DNA of 64,000 nt, from contig NC_069008.1 in assembly GCF_001194135.2 (NCBI RefSeq), positions 10,381,086 through 10,445,085 of the forward strand. Direction: 5' to 3'. Shown here in pieces: positions 61,293 through 64,000 of the stretch; the first letter of the stretch is position 1, and every line of letters starts with the position of its first letter. Made by a program: the position numbers and the translations under genes. Origin of the DNA: Octopus bimaculoides. Lineage: Eukaryota. The notes beneath the pieces were generated by a model. That model was not told the DNA's origin, made no database searches, and worked only from the letters and a program-made list of their open reading frames with translations.

Positions 61293-63534
61293 CAAGGGTA
61301 CAAGATAGTACCAGCGTTGCTAAAAATAAGAGACAATAATACTCAAATAAGCCACAGTATCACTGATATCAGTGATACTGTGGCTTATTTGAGTATTTTT
61401 TTACTCTTATTTCTAGCAATGCTGGTACTATCTTTTCTCTTGATTACAAATTTATAAATTTACCTTTTTGGTTTTTATGTTTGCTAGCCACTTTATTAAT
61501 CTTTGTTATTTATATATGTACATGTATATATATATAGGCATAGAGGTGGCTATGTAAATATATATATATATATATATATTGCATAGAGGTAAAAGCTTGC
61601 TTCCCAACCTCATGGTTCTTGGTTCAGTCCCATTGCATGGCACCTTAGGCAAGTGTCTTCTACTTTAGACTCAGGCTGACTAAAGCCTTGTGAGTGGATT
61701 TGGCTGACCGAAACTGAAAGAAACCTCGCGTGTGTGTGTGTCAATGTTTGTCCCCTAGAACCACTTGACAACCGAAGTTGGTGTGTTTATGTCTCCATAA
61801 CCTAGAAGTTCGACATAATAAGTTGATACAATAACTACCAGGCTTTAAAAAATAGTACAGGGGTCAATTCATTTGATTAAACAACCTTCAGTCAAATGAC
61901 TGAAACAATTAAAAGTTAAAAAAAGGTATGTATAATAAAAAAAAGACACCACCTTGGTTTTAACGCTGCTGAAAAGGAAGGAAGCTGCAAGAATTTTGAT
62001 CCATGCAATCCAAAGCTTCCAGTTGAAGTAATTTTGAGATGCAAAGGAAGACCACTGCATGTTGGCAAAACTGTTTCTGTGTCAAGTAAAGAAAAGCTTC
62101 GTGTGACCTTGAAATGTTCAGGTGTGAGGAGATATTCGAGTAATTTTGAAGCTTTGTCAAAAGAGAAGTCATTTGAGTAGTGAATTTCGTTACCAAAAAC
62201 ACGAATGTAGAATGATACCAAGAATTTTTCTCTGTCAATCTATGGAGAAAAGTGAAAGTAAACAGCAATAGAAGAAAGCAACATATGTATGTGTATCTAT
62301 AAAAATATATATATTTATTTTATGTATTAGAAAAGAAGAAAATGGTGAAATTGACATATAGACATTAATTTATTAGAACATAATACAATTCTGAAAAATA
62401 TCAAACTCAGTTTCACCTAAAATTGTTTCCCTGCCCAATTACTTCAATTTCAGAAATTAAATTGATTAAATCAAATTTCCATATCAAACATCTTTAATTG
62501 GATATTTCTTCAGGAGAAAAATTTGACTGAAAGGAGCTACATTCTGATGTGTTGTTTGATCCTTGATAGTCTAAGATATGTGAGGTTTCATCAACCAATT
62601 TATTTAAAAAAAAAACATTACTTATACATATGTGAATGCAGATTTGTTAATGCATTTGTGGGCATTCATGTGTAATGTGATTAATAAAACAAATTAACAA
62701 AATATCCGTTAATTAGCTGTAATGATATTTCGATATGATTACTTTAAACTAGAAGCTAAAAACCTAATTTACATTATTACTTACAATCAATTGAAATGCA
62801 GCTAAAGCATTTAATCACTTAAGAAATTTATTATCAGCCACCCAGTTACAACCTAGAAATCACAGTTAACTAATAAATTATTATTATTATTAGAAAAAAA
62901 CATAGTTATGTAAAAATAATATTTTCATTATATATTTGTGCGTGTGTGTTAATTGTTGAAAGCCACTAGACAATTACGAATCAAAACTGCTTACTAATTA
63001 TCATAGCTGAATATTATGTCATCAATTTTTGTGCACGATATTAATTTTACATAATAGTGTGAACAGATACACACGAACTTAACTGAGGAAAGTACTAACA
63101 TTAACAAATCAAAATTAATGAAATTAATAAAAATTAAGCTATTATTGAATTAATATGTAGTATCTTTAACTTAAGATTACCAATTATTTTTAAAACATAT
63201 TAATCACAGGTTCCTAAGATATTTAAAATCCTTTTAACCTTTATATAATACAATTACCTGTAAATAAACTTTATTCCATATTTACCATTTATTTCATATT
63301 TTAATATTAATATGATACCTTCTAAGAATTACTTAATATGTATAGTTATAATTGTTATTATATTAATCCTGAGATACCACTTAAAATCTCTTCCTAAGAT
63401 AAATAAAATATAAATACCTCCTAAATCAGTAACTTGGGCAGAAGCTGTGGAACCCATAGCAATATCAAAACTGTCATAACTATATTTCTTAATCCAATAC
63501 TGGTTTTCAAACTCTATAACAATTCTTCTGGCAG
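6505..63534 (-). CDS. Large lipid transfer protein gene (apolipophorin/apoB/vitellogenin-like), internal multi-exon portion; both termini lie outside the traced region
   Basis: Exons 62239-61953, 57285-57118, 50898-50619, 48640-48508, 42731-42474, 34557-34303, 26910-26676, 20074-19861, 16190-13086 and 6831-6505 join with matching phases (0-2,2-2,2-0,0-1,1-1,1-1,1-2,2-0,0-0,0-0) and no stops. Motifs FYIRVFGNEI, LDTETVLPTCSGLPLHLK, KPSVSL, TGLRLC, FIPLTGP and VDTPES resemble the DUF1943/DUF1081 and beta-sheet regions of LLTPs. Confidence 0.85.
7087..8276 (+). mobile_element. Near full-length degenerate mariner
   Basis: TIRs TTGGGTTGGAAAGAAAGTTCTGTTGCA and TGCAACAGGATTTTCTTGTCAACCTAA, flanked by TA. 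Fragments HIRHGMLYEFKRG, HDNARPH and HPPYSPDLDPSNYHLFRS. Confidence 0.85.
9583..10785 (+). mobile_element. Rearranged RTE-clade LINE fragment with 3'UTR and (TGA)n tail
   Basis: DKAIKDMKTRKAPSPSGIT on +, the next RT segment inverted (9801-9990), then the C-terminus PRKTWDEVVKHDL and a repeat-containing 3'UTR. Confidence 0.85.
11700..12950 (+). mobile_element. Degenerate RTE-clade LINE (second family), RT region
   Basis: KKGDAKDPK, DFENAFDTV, GVRQGDTISPKLF, KAFNQCMLPTLMYALET and LKWSFVGHVFRR...WTP. Confidence 0.8.
13086..16190 (-). CDS. LLTP giant exon (3105 nt, 1035 codons, phase 0-0)
   Basis: Uninterrupted ORF of more than 1000 codons rich in alternating hydrophobic beta-strand patterns. 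Acceptor ctttttgcag|CAG (a tandem CAGCAG), donor AAA AAT|gtaagc. Confidence 0.9.
17143..18790 (+). mobile_element. RTE LINE with 5' inversion (twin-priming-like)
   Basis: 17143-17580 encodes the upstream RT part on the minus strand, ending at ...LVRQL. From about 17581 the + strand continues with KYLPK...EKAFNKVP, GVHQGSVLIPLLF, WELLYAND through KTWDEV. Confidence 0.85.
19470..19816. mobile_element. Probable hAT (Charlie-like) MITE
   Basis: Ends cagagttttccaacct and gttgagaatcatca. Flanks ctctagac and gtccagac resemble an NTCTAGAN 8-bp target duplication. Confidence 0.45.
19861..20074 (-). CDS. LLTP exon (phase 2-0)
   Basis: cattttgcag|G CAG TTT TCC...AGT AAG|gtaggg. Reads QFSSKKNAALALTTQGQLIISLSDGWQIEVK...LHTASK. 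Confidence 0.8.
20654..20702 (+). ncRNA. Type I hammerhead ribozyme motif (extra nucleotide after core)
   Basis: CCACCA-CUGAGGA-U-GAGC acaaaca GCUC-GAAAC uugaca GUC/UGGUGG. Perfect 6-bp stem I, 4-bp stem II and a GUC cleavage triplet. Confidence 0.8.
20960..22923 (-). mobile_element. Deleted Ty3/Gypsy LTR retrotransposon (5' LTR, PBS, RT, RNase H, partial integrase)
   Basis: LTR 22607-22923 with TGTAG/CTACA ends, PBS-like TGGTTGCAGG. RT FSKVDLIRAYHQIP...FAYVNDLL, RNase H VDASDSAVGAVLQ...YSTFDRELLA, integrase HSLSHPG...CVKCQ...IDLVGP. No gag or protease. Confidence 0.9.
23078..23126 (+). ncRNA. Degenerate second copy of the 20654 hammerhead
   Basis: ucacca CUGAGUA U GAGC acaaaua GCUU GAAAC ugggug GUC uagugg. 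The G8 core position is mutated. Part of direct repeat 23078-23283, matching 20654-20868. Confidence 0.65.
23566..23730 (+). ncRNA. 52-bp-arm hairpin followed by a minimal hammerhead-like motif (PLE-type)
   Basis: Arms 23566-23617 and 23620-23671 are near-complementary. At 23695-23730: GAU CUGAAGA A GGAAU ucua AUUCC GAAAU AUC/AUC. Confidence 0.6.
24400..25760 (-). mobile_element. Degenerate Tc1-like transposon with a nested RTE 3' fragment (about 24470-24830)
   Basis: HTH region GASVTKTVEPF..RGT...SRWKANLT and W..VIFSDE motif on the minus strand. The inserted piece reads KQRRGNPPKNWQ...WEQFV. Confidence 0.75.
26676..26910 (-). CDS. LLTP exon (phase 1-2)
   Basis: ccctgtccaccag|GA CTA ATA...TGG AGA AT|gtaagt. 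Reads LITFNAVSKQSKNLLRISVRSPLG...SSFYSWR. Confidence 0.8.
27503..27560 (-). mobile_element. Helitron-like 3' terminus
   Basis: atatactagctgatatacc has the same CTAG|T end architecture as 34666. The element's extent is not resolved. Confidence 0.4.
29815..30220 (+). repeat. RTE 3'UTR with four tandem units of about 62 bp and a (TGA)n tail
   Basis: Repeated gccagt..actggc and gtgcYggtggcac-gtaaaaa units, then the ccactacactctcggagtggttggcg...gatgatgat end shared with 10620-10785 and 42250-42410. Confidence 0.8.
30480..33605 (+). mobile_element. Degenerate CR1/L2-group LINE (APE and RT)
   Basis: LNTKGL, LTKTHLKPDI, MGDFKLPNIRW, ATGPDGFP, NYRPISL, QHGFRPGKSCLTQLL, YLDFAKAFDKVDH, SGVQQGTVLGPLLF and YADDTK, with stops and frameshifts. 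Confidence 0.9.
33688..33848 (+). mobile_element. tRNA-headed CORE-type SINE
   Basis: ggcgcggagtggctgtgtggtaag...ttcagtcccatg..ggcaccttgggcaagtgtcttctactatagcc. Other copies lie at about 8300, 29210, 37305, 41230, 44935 and 61540. Confidence 0.8.
34303..34557 (-). CDS. LLTP exon (phase 1-1)
   Basis: ctttcattcccag|TA TCC AAA...TTT TAT G|gtaagt. Reads SKSIVIDATSIMGTLKIGPDIYTLQG...KLVSFY. Confidence 0.85.
34666..36512 (-). mobile_element. Non-autonomous Helitron-like element
   Basis: On the minus strand it begins A|TCTATTATATAAAAG and ends with a GC-rich palindrome then CTAG|T. Contains seven copies of an 18-bp minisatellite (35403-35528). Confidence 0.65.
36650..36941 (+). mobile_element. Second Helitron-like 3' end, inverted relative to 34666-35000
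   Basis: cacgggcaacgcctggtatctctgCTAG|T. About 300 bp is the reverse complement of 34666-34997. Confidence 0.65.
37545..40017 (+). mobile_element. Near-complete RTE LINE ORF (APE and RT), degenerate
   Basis: TLNVGTLKGRSGEIVEML...CIQEVRW, VAGDFNGHVG, QIDYIL, KAPGPSGIT, QFGFVP, KAFDKVP, GVHQGSVLSPLLF and WELLYADDL. Truncated at a (TG)n tract. Confidence 0.9.
40090..40530 (+). mobile_element. Mariner 3' fragment
   Basis: HDNAR, HPTYSPDLFPTDYYFFKHLDGFL and KCIHCKGAYFDE*, with a TIR-like end before a TA repeat. Confidence 0.8.
41515..42410 (+). mobile_element. 5'-truncated RTE copy with 3'UTR repeats
   Basis: ESVAARIRITWAKFRELLPLLVTKG through KTWDEVVRHDL, then a 3'UTR ending gatgatga. Confidence 0.85.
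42474..42731 (-). CDS. LLTP exon (phase 1-1)
   Basis: ttattcttccag|TT GTT CCA...CTC ACA T|gtaagt. Open frame VPIKNQKSQTTGARILLKDDDK...RNMVLT. Confidence 0.8.
43055..44400 (-). mobile_element. Penelope-like element terminal-repeat complex with ORF N-terminal fragment
   Basis: Direct repeats 43055-43200 and 43571-43715; inverted repeats 43365-43484 and 43717-43845; contains a hammerhead. The adjacent minus frame IEIGFFDPRNIFYKKILTKSKFSKLATLR is tentatively a PLE N-terminus. Confidence 0.6.
43307..43392 (-). ncRNA. Type I hammerhead ribozyme with canonical core and long loop II
   Basis: UCUAUG-CUGAUGA-GAAC(47 nt)GUUC-GAAAC UGCA GUC/CAUAGA. Perfect 6-bp stem I and a palindromic stem III (ACUGCAGU). 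Confidence 0.8.
44690..45080 (-). mobile_element. Composite SINE (tRNA head, CORE, TA/TG spacer, CR1-like tail)
   Basis: Same modules and order as about 41080-41410 (-) and 61540-61920 (+). The tail ends ...ccagcatggccacagtcaaatgactgaaac. Confidence 0.7.
46090..47070 (-). mobile_element. Penelope-like element RT fragment
   Basis: VIDWFINIKGKKHTKFIQLDISNYY, MGSGGLAEVTNLIG and GLYRDDAL. Confidence 0.8.
47180..47930 (-). mobile_element. Tc1/mariner-superfamily 3' fragment
   Basis: TA|CAGGTGTTCAGG terminus. Minus-strand WNTLEKDTS...KMKEVFKDLPRDTVRNAYAGF resembles a Tc-type transposase C-terminus. Confidence 0.7.
48508..48640 (-). CDS. LLTP exon (phase 0-1)
   Basis: ttctgaaacag|GAT GAC AGA...ATG AAA G|gtcagt. 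Reads DDRNMLTVDTPESKQQRTVFIMATTKEEYLTVDVVSPWRDINMK. Confidence 0.8.
49909..50288 (+). mobile_element. tRNA-derived SINE (third family)
   Basis: ggaggtgcaatggcccagtggttagg (A box) ... ggtttcgattccc (B box), with a body shared with about 19255-19460, 33875-34180 (-) and 57486-57685 (-). Confidence 0.8.
50619..50898 (-). CDS. LLTP exon (DUF1081-like region)
   Basis: ccttttctgtag|A TCT GAC ATG...CCA TTT|gtaagt. Reads SDMYLIH...CSSEQVLAITGLRLCQEVNIP...FIPLTGPLVYDLHLIKEDMPEGVLITIIPF. Confidence 0.85.
51456..52276. mobile_element. Foldback Tc-family (DD37D-like) derivative made of two inverted 3' ends
   Basis: CAGGGTGTCCCAAAAGT...ACTTTTTGGACACCCTG, with inverted arms of about 290 bp. The minus frame reads TAHTARESMKLLQECFGERIIS...WPSSSPDLTSPDFFFLWRYLKEKVY. 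Confidence 0.8.
53900..55920 (+). mobile_element. 5'-truncated Penelope-like element (RT thumb and GIY-YIG) with inverted pseudo-LTRs
   Basis: IQFTMEYS, TDIYYKPTDSKQYLPFNSCHP, CRRPNYGIC...NLIYVLTCSGCREQYIGQT and ALSEHINIC. 53900-54360 is the reverse complement of 55472-55920. Confidence 0.9.
56250..57110. repeat. Degenerate tandem array of a roughly 120-140 bp repeat
   Basis: Recurring gataatgtagtcctaga...gacaggatggtcac...ggctaaa units. A single related copy lies at about 26400-26540. Internal agtgctggagc x3. Confidence 0.65.
57118..57285 (-). CDS. LLTP exon not present in the ORF track (168 nt, phase 2-2)
   Basis: ttccactag|T GTC TCC...TTC AG|gtaaat. Reads (S)VSLRMTGQMSVKAFKFRAGVQITGTAHSSVGARVEMNNEELTVDLTKKKMEIFSF(R) and bridges the flanking exons in frame. 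Confidence 0.85.
58075..58243 (+). mobile_element. Mariner transposase N-terminal HTH fragment
   Basis: MEVSKEHLRYIRLYEFKKGNSAPKATRNIHSVYGKECLNERTSRRWFAKFTSGDFS. Confidence 0.85.
58245..59160 (-). mobile_element. Gypsy (Mag-like) 5' LTR, PBS and gag fragment
   Basis: LTR 58871-59160 with TGTTGTA/TACAACA ends and PBS-like TGGTGACAAGG. Gag reads polyQ then GVTFEAFYRRYEQIF...WYSNFVLPRK. Confidence 0.8.
60976..61243. repeat. Long imperfect palindrome (arms about 125-130 bp)
   Basis: Centre cactgacaaaacttcgtgcactatgaagttttgtcagtg; arms pair out to tggaagatgtttgtaagcc and ggcttataaacatattcca. Confidence 0.85.
61302..61434. repeat. Loopless palindrome (arms about 65 bp)
   Basis: Centre ccacagtatcactgat|atcagtgatactgtgg; ends aagatagtaccagc and gctggtactatctt. 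Confidence 0.85.
61953..62239 (-). CDS. LLTP exon (DUF1943-like region)
   Basis: ttttctccatag|ATT GAC AGA...AAA CCA AG|gtggtg. Reads IDREKFLVSFYIRVFGNEIHY...RSFSLLDTETVLPTCSGLPLHLKITSTGSFGL...LKP. Confidence 0.85.
63418..63534 (-). CDS. Probable upstream LLTP exon (phase 1-1)
   Basis: cattttag|CTGCC...GGAG|gtattt. Reads ARRIVIEFENQYWIKKYSYDSFDIAMGSTASAQVTDLG. Its link to the next traced exon (phase 0) is unresolved, so a further exon is probably needed. Confidence 0.5.
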
Positions 63535-64000
63535 CTAAAATGATGTTAATTTATTCCATATTCAGATTTGAGTTGTTTCTTATGAACAAAAGGGCCTTAT
63601 TTAAAACTGCTTGGTTAATCAGACTAATAACTTTCAGTATCTATTTGTATAAATTTGTTTCTACTTTTATATTTAATGCTGTCAAACCAATTTATTACTT
63701 CATGGCTCCCATGCAGGTAGCACGTAAAAATACCTTTTGAGCGTGGTTGCTGCCAGAACCACCTGATTAGCCCTCATGCCAGTGGCACGTAAAAACACCC
63801 ATATTGAGTTTGGTCTCCTTCAGTGCTTTCTTAAATCTATGGGCTAGTTCTCCATGGGCTGTGGCCTCTACAAACATCACTCCTTGATATTTGTCAGTTT
63901 TATACCATGTTCTCATTCACTCCAACGACCTCACAGGTTGTGTAGTGGGTAGTATGGATGTGATTTCACTCTAGCCATCTATAGACAGATTTTGCTGGGA

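Noticed and set aside
62420-62570. Possible extra LLTP exon (TIKDQTTHQNVAPFSQIFLLKKYPIKD)
   Set aside because: It has an acceptor and an open frame, but only a weak donor and no recognisable motif, and it does not fix the phase mismatch with 63418. Left uncalled.

Overview
AT-rich, microsatellite-rich, gapped animal genomic DNA. The repeat families look like those of an octopod cephalopod (Octopus-like); this is inferred from recalled repeats, not a database hit. The whole window lies inside one large minus-strand gene for a large lipid transfer protein (apolipophorin/apoB/vitellogenin superfamily). I traced ten consecutive splice-phase-compatible exons from 62239 down to 6505, plus a probable further upstream exon at 63418-63534, about 1,790 codons in total. 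They include a 3.1-kb exon, one exon missing from the ORF track (57118-57285) and a probable GC-AG donor. The introns are packed with decayed transposons: a tandem cluster of R4/Dong-type LINEs at (TAA)n, RTE and CR1-type LINEs, Ty3/Gypsy fragments, Tc1/mariner, Helitron-like and hAT elements, Penelope-like elements (PLEs) and tRNA-derived SINEs. The most interesting non-annotated signal is a set of hammerhead-ribozyme-like motifs of several architectures. These include a retrozyme-like ribozyme-monomer-ribozyme repeat split by a Gypsy insertion (20654-23283) and a canonical hammerhead with an unusually long loop II (43307-43392). There are no prokaryotic features, no CRISPR array and no rRNA or true tRNA genes.
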